DNA of 64,000 nt, from assembly GCA_048013815.1 (NCBI GenBank), contig CM106585.1, positions 6,696,001-6,760,000 on the forward strand, in the 5' to 3' direction. The stretch is from Setoptus koraiensis (lineage: Eukaryota > Animalia > Arthropoda). Below, one piece after another: positions 48,945 to 60,800 of this stretch. Below the pieces are notes generated by a model, which saw only the letters and a program-made list of their open reading frames with translations, did no database searches and had not been told where the DNA came from. Within the stretch, counting starts at the first letter, position 1; each line of letters begins with the position of its first letter. The translations under genes were made by a program, and so were the position numbers.

Positions 48945-49595
48945 ATGGCCGATAAAAATCTTGGAGGAGCCGGCAAAGCTCCATCGGCTAGTTCTGGTGC
49001 TTCAACGCAACCCTTGGTTCCTGGAGCGCCTGGCCCGATATCAGGGCCTGGTTCATTGCCGCCACCGCCAAACGCAACAACCAGTCCATCGCTACCATCT
49101 AGTCCTGAACCAGGGTTTACCCCGCCGCCTGGCCCAACACCGCCACCAGGAGGTCCACCAAAGTCACCAGGCAAGGCAAAGTCACCAAGTAGGCCAAGAG
49201 TACCGAAGTCAACCAAGACACCTTCAGCTATCTCGACCGCTGGTGTAGAGGGAAATTCGGGTGCATCATCTGCATCAGGTACACCGGCATCAGTGACACC
49301 AACTTCAGGGTCGCCGGCCACACCATCATCGACATCAACACCAGCAACACCGATATCTGCACCAACATCAGCACCAACATCAGCACAAACATCCACGCCG
49401 GCAACAGCTTCGCCAGCTCCATCATGCAAACCGAATATAGAAGCCTCTGGAAAATGTTGCAAAACTTGCAAGGATGCTCAGAAATGTTCTTGCAAGGATA
49501 AAGATAGAAAATGTCAGTGTTGCCAGAGTTGTAGCAACGGAAATCCATCAGCTTGCAATTGTAGTCCTTGCTATTGTTGCAATCAAAAAAAATGA
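48945..49595 (+). CDS. Pro/Ser/Thr-rich protein with C-terminal metallothionein-like Cys cluster, 216 aa
   Basis: ATG at 48945, ~160 aa of P/S/T/G/A-rich sequence, then 15 Cys in the last 56 aa in CC, CxC and CxxC arrangements. Confidence 0.7.
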   Translation: MADKNLGGAGKAPSASSGASTQPLVPGAPGPISGPGSLPPPPNATTSPSLPSSPEPGFTPPPGPTPPPGGPPKSPGKAKSPSRPRVPKSTKTPSAISTAGVEGNSGASSASGTPASVTPTSGSPATPSSTSTPATPISAPTSAPTSAQTSTPATASPAPSCKPNIEASGKCCKTCKDAQKCSCKDKDRKCQCCQSCSNGNPSACNCSPCYCCNQKK

Positions 49596-49757
49596 TTGGT
49601 CCGAATTATAGTTTACAAAATCAGTAGCAATGGTTACTCAGAGATCTGAGCTATCACTAGTGGGTGTTTTATTTATTCTACTTTATATAACACAAATCAA
49701 ACGCATATTATGAGAAGCATGAAAGGTCGAGTGGTAGATGAGGTTCATGAAGAAAAA

Positions 49758-52466
49758 TCACAAAGAAGATTTGTTATCCGGATAGTGGGAGCTCCAGTAA
49801 TTTGCCTGACAATAACTCTTGACCCAGTGTTGACCCACAATAAAATCAAGTAAAGTTGATTCGTCTATCTCCTCGCCTTCAGGTTGTATATAGCAACTAT
49901 CCACAATTCTATAACTTGTAGCAAAGTCATAGATGATTTTGAAGACGTCCTCCCTTTCTTTGACGTCGGGTATAACAAGAAAGTTAAAATCTATACAATG
50001 CTCTCCCGAAGCCTGGTTTTCCGCTCTCAGAGTCCATTCCCCCGTAGCGATAGGCTTCTTCAAACGAATGTGCAATGCTTGAGCAAATGTGTTCAATAGT
50101 GCGTTGGAGGTCTTTGGTTTGATTTTAACATCCAATATATGGCCCCCTCTCCTGCTATGGCGATTTGACAATCTAAATCGTACCTTTATATTGTTATGAT
50201 GTTTTATGTCCTCTTCTTCGGGACCACCGAATATGTACCAACTGTGGTATAAGACTATGTCAGAGTGTGCACCTAAAACGCCTCCTCGGGTTCGAAACAT
50301 TCTCTCCTTGACATCGAAGTCTGAACCCACCTCCATCCATTTTAAAAAGGAGGACTCCTCGAAACAATCATGAGTTTCATGCTTTGCGGTTCTATTATCC
50401 GGGTGCCTTTCTGGTCGGACAAACAACTGTATGCAACCGGTTCTATCAAAGTAAACACCTTCTTCAAAACAGAATGTTATGAGATGACCTTCAAAAACTC
50501 GGGAAAAAAAGAGATCTATCGACTTAAGATGTACGTGGTCAACGAATTTTGACATCTCTGAAGTATCTTGTGCCATCATATTGGCGGACACCATCGATAG
50601 ATATGCGAAATTCTTAAATAATTGGGTTCTTCTATCATCATGCTTGAAATCGTGTTCATCCATGTGATTCTCCCAATAAAGCCTCCACGATGAATACAAG
50701 TCCGGATAACGTGAGCTCGTTCCTTGGTCAATTTCTCGCCCCTTATGGAGTAAGTCCTTGTCTACTTGAAATATGATTTCTTGGTTGATCGTAGGATCGA
50801 ATTTGCGTGAGAAGAATATATCTTGATTCAATGTACTCTTAAGTTTAGGCCAATCCTTTTGCCTGTAGACCAATGGTGAACATCCACACCAATCAACTAC
50901 GTCTCTGTGCTGACATTTGCACCCCTGCTTTCTCTTCCAATTTGATATCCTTAGATTATTACCGATAATGGAGTGACAAAAGTGACTGTTGAGAGCGGCA
51001 GTATGGAAAAAGGATTCGGCTGGCAATAATGTCTGATTGAATAACCTGATCAGTGGCTTTAGCAGATTTTCATCATTGTTTATAAATGAGCAGAAATCTC
51101 TCGGTAACGCAAACCAATCGCTTCCGCCAGTGTAAATTATGCCGTAAGGTAGATCTCGGTCACCGAGACGCCACATTCGGTCCTCACATTCATAGAATGT
51201 CTTGTCTAGTCCTTGTTTCTTAACGAACTTTAAGTTATCGAAAGCGTGGGATTTCAGAAAGATTGCCCCATAGTTTTTAGCCAGGTATCTCTCCAGATCC
51301 GGGAGAGGTTTTATATTATAGTCACTCTCGCTTAGATTGATGATGTAGTCCCAGCTGGTAGTTGATTCTAATAGTTGACTGATTGAGTCTAATAACATTC
51401 TGAGAAGACTGGAGCCACCCCATATAGTGCCGTACCTATTTTTGGCCAGGACAATGTTACTAAATTTCTTCTCTAGAGGTAGAAGCTCACGATACAAGTA
51501 ATCATCTCTTGAGTCCACATGTATATAAAAAGTATGTCTAGTGGAAAAGAGATTTTTTATCAAACGTTTGACTTGCCTCACCGCTCTTCCATTGAGAGTG
51601 AGTATGAACACTATCCTGATATTATCAGGATCCTTCGAGGAGTGATTAGTAAGTTTGAATTCTGGTTTGACATAACTATCGGTGAAATAAATATCAAATG
51701 CTTTGTCTAGCCTGCAGCTTTCTTCTTGGCAGTTATCAATTTGACAAACTGATTGATTTCGGTAAAGATCTATTGGACGATGCTCTATTAGATTCAGTCG
51801 AGCACTACAATAACATTCAGTTTTGTTTTCCAGAGCTGCCAATTCATATCCATACTTATAGCAAGTATCTACGCATTGTATTTCTGTTGAATGCGAATCG
51901 ATGAAGACAAACTTTTCGGCGGTTTCATTTATGGGCGATATGTGACATCCTATATGTTCATATTTTTTATGTTTGGCTGGTTTGTCTCTTACACAATAGT
52001 TTTTGAGATTGTTGTTCGTATGCTTGTGATCGAGATTTTGCAATTGGCATGCCATATCTATCAATTGCTGTTTGCACGATACGGTTTTGGCTCGTTCTAC
52101 AGCAGATAAAGCATCCTTTGATTGTATTGCACACCAATATTTGACGGTGTGGTCGTTTTGGATAATATTGTCCTCTGGTAAAATAGCATTAGAATGACTA
52201 GAATCTGCACGATGCTGATGGATGACGCTTTCTATTGTTTCCGATTCTACCTCGTACAATTCATCTGGCTTGCCCTTCGCTACTGGCCAATCTTTGACAC
52301 TAGATTGCTGATGTTCGTCCCCCAATGTAATATTTGATGTGAGAACAATGTCAATTTCCTCAGTATTATTACCCAGTGGTGGAATACATAAAACAATAGA
52401 TAATAGCATTGCAAGGATAAGAACAGCTGAAAGAAGTCCGAAAAGGTTGCAGGAATAACCAATCAT
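49758..52466 (-). CDS. oxt: Peptide O-xylosyltransferase (oxt / XYLT1-2), intronless
   Basis: N-terminal TM anchor, SAVERAKTVSCKQ, WSC-like domain (HIGC...CVDTC...ECYC), GT14 core (YIHVDSR, TIWGGSSLL, INLSESD, GGSDWF, TLLPAESFFHT, CQHRDVVDWCGCSP, FSRKFDP). Confidence 0.93.
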   Translation of the reverse strand: MIGYSCNLFGLLSAVLILAMLLSIVLCIPPLGNNTEEIDIVLTSNITLGDEHQQSSVKDWPVAKGKPDELYEVESETIESVIHQHRADSSHSNAILPEDNIIQNDHTVKYWCAIQSKDALSAVERAKTVSCKQQLIDMACQLQNLDHKHTNNNLKNYCVRDKPAKHKKYEHIGCHISPINETAEKFVFIDSHSTEIQCVDTCYKYGYELAALENKTECYCSARLNLIEHRPIDLYRNQSVCQIDNCQEESCRLDKAFDIYFTDSYVKPEFKLTNHSSKDPDNIRIVFILTLNGRAVRQVKRLIKNLFSTRHTFYIHVDSRDDYLYRELLPLEKKFSNIVLAKNRYGTIWGGSSLLRMLLDSISQLLESTTSWDYIINLSESDYNIKPLPDLERYLAKNYGAIFLKSHAFDNLKFVKKQGLDKTFYECEDRMWRLGDRDLPYGIIYTGGSDWFALPRDFCSFINNDENLLKPLIRLFNQTLLPAESFFHTAALNSHFCHSIIGNNLRISNWKRKQGCKCQHRDVVDWCGCSPLVYRQKDWPKLKSTLNQDIFFSRKFDPTINQEIIFQVDKDLLHKGREIDQGTSSRYPDLYSSWRLYWENHMDEHDFKHDDRRTQLFKNFAYLSMVSANMMAQDTSEMSKFVDHVHLKSIDLFFSRVFEGHLITFCFEEGVYFDRTGCIQLFVRPERHPDNRTAKHETHDCFEESSFLKWMEVGSDFDVKERMFRTRGGVLGAHSDIVLYHSWYIFGGPEEEDIKHHNNIKVRFRLSNRHSRRGGHILDVKIKPKTSNALLNTFAQALHIRLKKPIATGEWTLRAENQASGEHCIDFNFLVIPDVKEREDVFKIIYDFATSYRIVDSCYIQPEGEEIDESTLLDFIVGQHWVKSYCQANYWSSHYPDNKSSL

Positions 52467-54338
52467 AGTGATTACTGAATGAGTATTTTTGTCTCTGCCG
52501 AAGTAAAAATTTATGTTTGTGATCAATAACGGTTTAAATTAAAAGATTAATTGATTGGACTGGTCATTGTTATGGAATAATTAAAATCTATCTTGTGATG
52601 ATATCGATTGTTTGTCGATGATAATGGCATGAATCGGTAACGAATGGAACGAGTTGACCATTTCAACCACACGTGCATAAACGTGTACTCTTTTCCTTCG
52701 TGAGACAGTCACTTTCAGAATGGATGCGCAGAGGTGCACAGAAGCTGCGGTGTGTTCAATATATTGCAGGACAGTCTTGAAGGCACTGGCGGCTACCATG
52801 GAATATCCGGCTAATCACGACGGATCGGGCTTAATCTTATTACAAATGTCGCAAGAGCTCATCTAGGTTGGCCTAACAAACCTAGCCTAAACGCATACAC
52901 CATTCTTCTCCAGTATAAGTCGCCTTGGGTTAGACATTTCTGGAATGACATGAAAAGTGCAAAGTCAGCAAGTGGTGAAAGATTGCATAAATTGTGCGCT
53001 TCTACGAGACTATCGCTATCTATGGAGCATCGAATTGCCAAAGCAACTTGATACGATATTACCATCAGCGACATTCTCTATAGCGAGATTATCAGCCAGG
53101 TGAATAAAGCGACGAGTGATAAACAATTCACCATCAACTTTCTATCACTGCCACAGTAGAAGTCAGCCGTGATTTACGACTCGCGGAACGGGGCGCCAAT
53201 CCAAACCTCATAGAGTTGTCGCAAAAATCGTATCCTCTTGAGGTTCGCATTAGATGAACTGGGTGGTACAAGTGTATAAGACATGTATTTCTGGTGTTTG
53301 ACAATCGAAAGTCGGCCTATAAACGGTTCAATGTAACCGTTTTATGGTGCTCCACTCATCTTGATTCGAGAAAATAAGTTCGCTTCGTTATGGATACTCT
53401 CTATCTGCATAAAACAAATAGAGGGAAAATCACAAAAAAACGGGTCCCCAAAGTTACTTTGAGCGGATAAGTATCAGTAAGTCTGTCAATAGTTCCAGGC
53501 GCGAGCATGGTGCTCATGCACGAGACACCCAAGTTGGATCACCAAGTTCACAGAACATAATGTAGTTTCAATCATTTGTTTGAGCTCGTGTCATGTGTGT
53601 ATGACATACGGCCACGGATCAAGGGGACGATTCTGGATGCCACACACACACACGCAATACTCCTTGGTGTTTCTCAGAATCAGGAGGATTTATCTCCAAA
53701 TCTAAATTAGTGAGCTCAGCATTGCGTCATTCTAACTAGCAACTTGTCTGTATTGTTGTGCGTTATAGCATCCAGTCTGGATCGACGCCTGATAAAAACT
53801 GTACTATACACGATGGACAACCATTAGTCCATTCAGCAAACATGTCAACTACATTTACAAGCTAGTATGGACAAACAGAGAGTGCCCGTATCCACAGAAT
53901 ACCACAGAATGCAAATAAGAGGTTATGTAAACAACAACATATGGTTGCGAAAAATCTTAATTTTCGCGCTCTCAATCTGTTTTAATCCGAAGCGCATGTG
54001 CGTACATGGAGAATTATTTTTTGAGAATAAAAAAAAGCTTCAATCAAACAAGAATAATAATTAAATCAGACTAAACATTCGTAAAATTGTTATGTAATCA
54101 CAGGTGCTGTCTTGGCGTGGGATTCCCATGATGAAGGCCGTCAATCAAAGCCGGTAGCAATAATCATTTAGACAATACGCCTCTGTTTTGAAGCGACAAT
54201 CATTATCATCATCATATTAATCATCGTAGGCTTTAGGTTTGGACTTACCATTATTAGCGTATCCAATTTAAACTGGACCAGCCAATCACTAGAATAGTTA
54301 TATTAGCATAGGACACTTTTTGTAGGATCACACATTCA

Positions 54339-55946
54339 ATGGAATTGATTAGGATACCCAAAGTTGAGAATGTCAAATTTGTTGATAGGCTCAATTATGC
54401 AAATCCAAATGTCGGCACATTATATTTGACACCAACCCATGTGATATTTGTTGATCCAAACAGTAAGAAAGAGAATTGGATACTTCTCATGCACGTCTAC
54501 AGTGTTGAGAAACAACCAACCACCACAAACGGATGTCCATTATTTGTTAAATGTAAAAACTTCCTACATGTAACATTCATTATACCAAAAGAAAGGGACG
54601 CGCAAGATGTTCATTTAAGTTTGATTCAACTATCACAACAATTACACATAGAAGATTTATATTGTTTTTATTACAACACACAAGATGAAGTATTCGAGAA
54701 GTCAGATGGATGGTCCTATTTTAATATTGAATCGGAATTCAAACGCTTTGGTGTGCCCAATTTATCATGGTGCGCAACGAATATTAATGAAAAATATCAA
54801 GTCTGTAATACTTATCCATCCAGAATATACGTGCCTAAATCAGCCCCCAGAGAATCTCTTATACAAAGCGCCAAGTTTCGCTCAAAGGGACGCCTTCCTG
54901 TTCTAACGTATCTCCACACAAATCAAGCCGCCATTTGCAGATGTAGCCAGCCACTAGCAGGATTTAATAGCAGATCTCTAGAAGATGAACAGCTGTTGAA
55001 TCAGATAGCCAAATGCAATCCTAACAACATGAGTGATTTGTATATTGTTGACACTAGACCAAAGATAAACGCAATGGCTAATCGTGCCGCTGGTAAAGGA
55101 TATGAGAATGAGCTCTTTTATTCAGGAGTGAAATTCCACTTTTTCGCAATCGAAAATATTCATGTGATGCGAGCTAGTCTAAACAAATTATTGGAAGCTT
55201 GTGATGTGAAACTATCTGTCAGTAATTATTTAAATAACATAGAATCATCCAATTGGTTAAAGCATATTAAATCACTCCTTGAAACTAGTGAATTCATTGC
55301 GAATTCGGTCAAGGAAGGCATATCAGTATTAGTTCATTGTAGTGATGGTTGGGACCGAACCGCTCAGGCTTGCTCACTAGCTTCTTTACAACTGGATCCA
55401 TTCTACAGAACGATAAAAGGTTTCCAAACCTTAATTGTCAAAGATTGGTTATCTTTTGGTCACAAGTTCACCGATAGATGCGGACATATCCAAGGTGACC
55501 AACGAGAAACCGCCCCGGTGTTCACACAGTTTTTGGATGCTGTTTGGCAAATGCATAAACAATATCCTACCGAATTTGAATTCAACGAGGATTTTCTAAT
55601 CACTTTACATGATCACGTTTATTCTTGCCAATTTGGAACATTTATCGGAAATTGTGAAAAAGAACGAATCGATCTAAAGGTCGCCGAGAGGACGTATTCT
55701 CTTTGGGGATATTTAGACAGTCACCAAGAGGAATATATCAATCCCTTTTATGATCCAATCAAATCTCTAATCATCAAGATTGATACGTCACCACAATGCG
55801 TCAGATTATGGCGTGGTCTTTACAACAGGCATGAGCTTTTAGTTCATCCCAGAGAATCACTCTCAAACCTATTGATTGTTGAAAAGAACTCGATAAGAAC
55901 CTTGGAAAACCAGATAAAATTTTTTGAAGGAAGATTAAACTCTTGA
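54339..55946 (+). CDS. Myotubularin-related phosphoinositide 3-phosphatase (MTMR6/7/8 group), intronless
   Basis: PH-GRAM start (MELIRIPKVENV; GTLYLTPTHVIF), RSKGRLPVLTY, NRAAGKGYENE, catalytic VHCSDGWDRT, SCQFGTFIGNCEKER. Confidence 0.93.
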   Translation: MELIRIPKVENVKFVDRLNYANPNVGTLYLTPTHVIFVDPNSKKENWILLMHVYSVEKQPTTTNGCPLFVKCKNFLHVTFIIPKERDAQDVHLSLIQLSQQLHIEDLYCFYYNTQDEVFEKSDGWSYFNIESEFKRFGVPNLSWCATNINEKYQVCNTYPSRIYVPKSAPRESLIQSAKFRSKGRLPVLTYLHTNQAAICRCSQPLAGFNSRSLEDEQLLNQIAKCNPNNMSDLYIVDTRPKINAMANRAAGKGYENELFYSGVKFHFFAIENIHVMRASLNKLLEACDVKLSVSNYLNNIESSNWLKHIKSLLETSEFIANSVKEGISVLVHCSDGWDRTAQACSLASLQLDPFYRTIKGFQTLIVKDWLSFGHKFTDRCGHIQGDQRETAPVFTQFLDAVWQMHKQYPTEFEFNEDFLITLHDHVYSCQFGTFIGNCEKERIDLKVAERTYSLWGYLDSHQEEYINPFYDPIKSLIIKIDTSPQCVRLWRGLYNRHELLVHPRESLSNLLIVEKNSIRTLENQIKFFEGRLNS

Positions 55947-56151
55947 TATTGTGAAATGATAAAATTGTCATATTAACTTAATAATATTATATACCTCCAC
56001 AACAAGTGATATATTTTCTTTTTTTTTTCCTCTTGATAAGTAAACAATTGCTTAGATCGTTCGAAATAACCATATACAGGGACTCGATCTATGATGTTTG
56101 TAATTTATATATAATACACAGTTTTAGTTGAACTAAAAATTCTAGTAATGA

Positions 56152-56796
56152 TTAATTTCTGGATTGTATCTGATCAAAGTTGCTATTCAAATCTTCGATG
56201 CTGACAAGATCCAGCTCTTGCTCATTGTGCTTTTCTATTGCAAGCTGAGCTGCTTTCATAGAGAAATCGTATTTTCTATCTATATCTTGTAGACTATCAC
56301 GTTCGGTTTTAGGCGTTGCCTCTAGATTATGAGTTTTTGTTGAGGCAATTTGCTCACCTGGAGAACCGCTCTCTACATTTGAAGTTTGTTGTGGCCCACA
56401 TGTGGAAATATAGTTATCATATTCTTGCTGATACTTGGTCAATATCTTTGCTTTCGTTTCCTCGGCCCAATCAAAGATTGAGTTGCATTGCAATCTGATT
56501 AGATTTTTTTCTTCCTGATCCGCCTTTACGTAGCCTGGATGAGATTTTAGTTTCTCTAGAAACAATGAAATGTACCTTAGATTGAGGACGTACGCCTTCT
56601 CTATGTCACCCTTTTCTTCGTGGTCCTTGGCTGACTTGACAAGTTCGCGGCCCGATTTGAAATATCTGTCGATGGGTATGAGATAATCAATGTCAATCTT
56701 GGAGCTAATGGCTGTTAGATTTTTCATACGTATAGCAGGTTCCTCGACACGTTTTGGTGCACCAACCGAAGCCTTCCTGTTTGAAACATCAGCCAT
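56152..56796 (-). CDS. STAMBP/AMSH-like protein containing only the N-terminal MIT-like (USP8_dimer) domain, ~214 aa
   Basis: IPIDRYFKSGRELVKSA...GDIEKAYVLNLRYISLFLEKLKSHPGY matches the AMSH N-terminus. The stop comes before any JAMM/MPN motif, and the convergent MTMR gene leaves no room for more exons. Confidence 0.75.
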   Translation of the reverse strand: MADVSNRKASVGAPKRVEEPAIRMKNLTAISSKIDIDYLIPIDRYFKSGRELVKSAKDHEEKGDIEKAYVLNLRYISLFLEKLKSHPGYVKADQEEKNLIRLQCNSIFDWAEETKAKILTKYQQEYDNYISTCGPQQTSNVESGSPGEQIASTKTHNLEATPKTERDSLQDIDRKYDFSMKAAQLAIEKHNEQELDLVSIEDLNSNFDQIQSRN

Positions 56797-57277
56797 TTCG
56801 TTTACAGCTGTATGTTGTGGGTGTTGTGATGGAATTTCTTGAGATGTAGTCCTGAGTTTTCGTTGCTCGGTCTCGTTAGACCAGCTATATTGTGGTGTTA
56901 GTACTGATAACAGAAGATAAGGAAATAATATCAAGTGGTGTGAATAATGCCCTCATAATAGACTGATGGATCGACTACGACCTTGACTTGTTGGGTGACA
57001 TCCGATGGTAACATAATCGATAGCAACAACATATCTCATCGCAATGTAGCAATCAGGATGAATATGATCATATGGGCTAGATAAAAAAATGTAAACAACA
57101 AGCGTCTAATGCACGACGGCAGTTTGTATCTGATGGACCGGTTCTGCTGCAGTGAACCATTCTGCAGTTTGTAATGCTGATCTAGCAAACAGTTTCTGTC
57201 TCAGGCAGGACTCGTACTCGCGTGCTGTGCGCAAGCCCTGCGCGGCTTGATACAGCGTAATTGTTGTTACACTGTGT

Positions 57278-57445
57278 AAGTAAACAATTGGCAAGATCGT
57301 TTGAAGCAAACATACACGGGAGTTCGATCTATGTTGTTTGTAGTCTATATATGACGATATACAGTTTTAGTTGAACTAAAAACTTTAATGCTGATTAACT
57401 TCTGGATGGTATCTGATCAAAGTTGTTATCCAAATCTTCAACGCT
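57278..57445 (-). pseudogene. Duplicated 3' end (last ~16 codons plus 3' UTR) of the STAMBP-like gene
   Basis: Aligns with 56038-56202 (offset ~1.24 kb) and encodes SVEDLDNNFDQIPSRS* versus SIEDLNSNFDQIQSRN*. Confidence 0.8.
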
Positions 57446-57559
57446 CCTTGGCTGTTAACCTAATGATGACATCCGAGGAAGGCATAAAGTGACGACGACG
57501 CTTCCACTGACGTAGGTCGATTACGTTCGTGCACACTAGTGATAGTTTGTTCCCGAGAG

Positions 57560-57562
<3 letters not shown>

Positions 57563-57651
<89 letters not shown>
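57563..57651. repeat. (GA)~44 microsatellite in the divergent STAMBP-like/GART intergenic region
   Basis: Directly visible. Confidence 0.95.
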
Positions 57652-57655
<4 letters not shown>

Positions 57656-57823
57656 CGAGAAGAAGAGTCAATCCAATGAAAAAAGTCGTCGTGAAATCGT
57701 CTGTAGCAACAGAAACAACAATAAATAAACATCGTACACTAATTAGAATATCAACCGTAATAGCACTAGATAGAGCGAGAACACAGTATTGTGTCTCAAG
57801 TTACACCAATCATAAGTAGTACC

Positions 57824-60800
57824 ATGACCAGAAAAGTTTTGATTGTCGGCGGAGGCGCCCGAGAGCACGCAATTGGCTTAAAGTTGTTGTACTCGTCAAT
57901 AATCAGCAATATTTACGCTGCCCCAGGAAATCCTGGCCTATATCTGGCCGATCCAAAACGGGTTAAGCTACTAGGTAGGTGATGCGACTGACATAAACAA
58001 TTGTCTCTAAAAAACAAATTGAGAATAAAAACTACAATTCACTTGTGATTCAATTCGCCGCTCCAATCCAGATATCGATGCTGGAGACGTGAAGGCCATA
58101 GTGGATTGGTGCGAGAACAATGAGCCAGACATGGTGGTGGTTGGACCAGAGGACCCCTTGAACAAGGGCTTAGTGGACCTACTGACAGTGAAGGGTATAA
58201 CGTGTTTCGGACCGAATGCTCGGGCGGCACAAATAGAGTGCGACAAGTCGTTTGCCAAGGATCTGATGGCTCGCAACGGCATACCCACGGCAAGATACAA
58301 GACTTTTACGAATTCGGCCAAAGCGAAAGAGTTTGTCATGAACGACACCAGCTTCGAAATGGGTTACGTAGTGAAAGCGAGCGGTTTGGCCTCGGGCAAG
58401 GGCGCCGTTATTGCTAAGACTAAAGAGGAGGCATACGATTGTATTGAAGCAATGCTGGATCGAGGTCTCTTTGGCGACGCTGGCCGTACAATAGTGATTG
58501 AGGAATTTATAGAGGGCGAGGAATGTTCCGTATTGGCGTTTAGTGATGGTACCAATATCTCCCTGATGCCCGTTTGCCAGGATCACAAGCGTGCCTACGA
58601 CGAAGACAAAGGACCCAATACAGGCGGCATGGGCGCAATTTGTCCGTTTGATTTGGTTGAAAACAACTCACATCTTAAAAGACGCATCGAGGACGAGGTA
58701 ATCAATAGGTGTATTCAGAGCCTCAAGGCGGAGGGCCGTTTGTTTGTGGGCGTATTGTTTGCCGGTGTGATGGTAACGAGCGATGAGCGCATCTTCACAC
58801 TGGAGTTCAATTGTCGCTTTGGCGATCCCGAAACCCAATCCCTATTGCCCCTGCTGGAAACGGATCTATTTCAGATAATGTTGGCTTGCGTGAGCAACAG
58901 ATTGTCGGCCATCGAAATCAAATGGCACCCGGACGTGTACGCTTGTGGCACGGTGCTGGCCGATTTAGGCTACCCGGTCTCGGTGAGTAAGGGTCAGCTT
59001 ATTGAGTGTTTGGGCAAGCCAACAATTGCGGACGAATATTCTTATTTGACGAGTCATCCCAATAGCTTGATATTGGGAACTCAGAATATTCAAACTTTTG
59101 TCGTGCACGCCGGAACTAAATTCAGCAACGACAACAGCAGGGATATAGTGACCGATGGCGGCCGAATACTGACAGTGGTGGGCCTGGGCCAGTGTCTGAG
59201 CGAGGCCCGAGACAGGTCGTTGGAGCGTGTCAAGAGCATCAAGATTGGCAAGGCGCGCTTCAGGACGGATTTGGGCCGTCGCGCCATTGAGCGGGCCGAC
59301 AAACAGTTGCAGCTGACGTACAAGTCGAGCGGCGTCGACATTGAGATGGGCAACAAATTTGTGGATTACGTAAAAGACAGTGTCAAAATAACATATCGCG
59401 AGGGGGTTATGTCGCAAATAGGCGCCTTCGGTGCCCTCTTCGATCTGGCCAAATGCGGCCAACTGGCCGACCCGATTTTGGTGTCGGGCACGGACGGCGT
59501 GGGCACCAAACTCAAGCTAGCCATCGACACGGGCCTGCTGGCCGGCGTGGGCGTCGACCTGGTGGCCATGTGCGTCAACGACATTCTCGTGCACGGCGCC
59601 GAGCCTCTGTTCTTTCTCGATTATTACGCGTGCTCGCGCCTCGACATATCCATCGCTAGACAAGTGGTAGACAGCATCGCTAGGGGCTGCTGCCAGGCCC
59701 GATGTGCGCTTATTGGCGGCGAAACAGCGGAACTGCCCGGCCTGTACGACAACAACGACATTGATCTGGCCGGATTCGTGGTGGGCGTCGTGGACAGACC
59801 CAAAATGTTGCCCCGTGCGCAAGGCATAAAAGCGGGCGATTGTGTCATTGGTCTAGCCTCGTCGGGCATCCACAGCAACGGATATAGTTTGGTGCGCAAG
59901 CTCATCACATTAAAACACATAGACGTCAAACAATCTGCCTCGTGTCACTACCATCAGCCGGACAGCAAGCGTGACAGCAGTTTGGCCGAGTCACTGCTTG
60001 AGCCAACGCGCATTTACGTGCAACAAGTGCTGCCACTAATTAAATCGGGTCTCATCAAGGCGGCCGCTCACATAACGGGCGGCGGCCTCGTCGAGAACGT
60101 GCCCCGGTGCCTGCCAAAGGGATTGAGTGCCAAATTGGACGCCTACAAATGGAACATATTGCCCGTATTCAAATGGATCCAACAACAGGCCCATGTCAAT
60201 GTGAATGAAATGGCTAAAACATTCAATTGTGGCCTCGGCATGGTGTGCGTGGTGGACAAAAACGACTGCGAACAAGTGATGCACATGCTCACACAATTGG
60301 ACCCCAATACAGGTGTGTTCCGAGTTGGTGTCATTGTTGACAACGAGTGCTGTGCTGGTCAGCCAGCGCAATCGACCTGTCAGGTGGAAAACTTGATTGA
60401 GGCCTTTCGAGCGCCTGACTCGGTGCCAGTGGCGCTCACAAACAGCAACGACCTACACATCGGCGACGAACAGCCAGGTGTTGCAACCACGGGAAAAAAA
60501 GGTGGCGAACAGGACGGGCCAATGAACAAAGAAGCGACGACCAAACAAAAGAGAGTGGCCGTCCTATTGTCCGGCACAGGCACTAATGCCAAGGCCATCA
60601 TTGACCACGAGCGAAGAGCGAATAGCGCCGGCAGCAACAAGTGCTCCTACAAGGTGTGTCTGGTTGTTTCAAACAAGAGCGATTCGCCAGGACTGGAAAT
60701 GGCCTCAAAGGCAAACATAGCCACTCGTGTGATTGAGCATAAACAATATAGCACCAGGCAGCAGTTTGATATGCAAATAGACAAAGTGCTAAGGGAAAAC

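Noticed and set aside
52581-53074. Two ~70-aa minus-strand ORFs upstream of XYLT
   Set aside because: No domain signal; they probably fall in 5' UTR or intergenic DNA.
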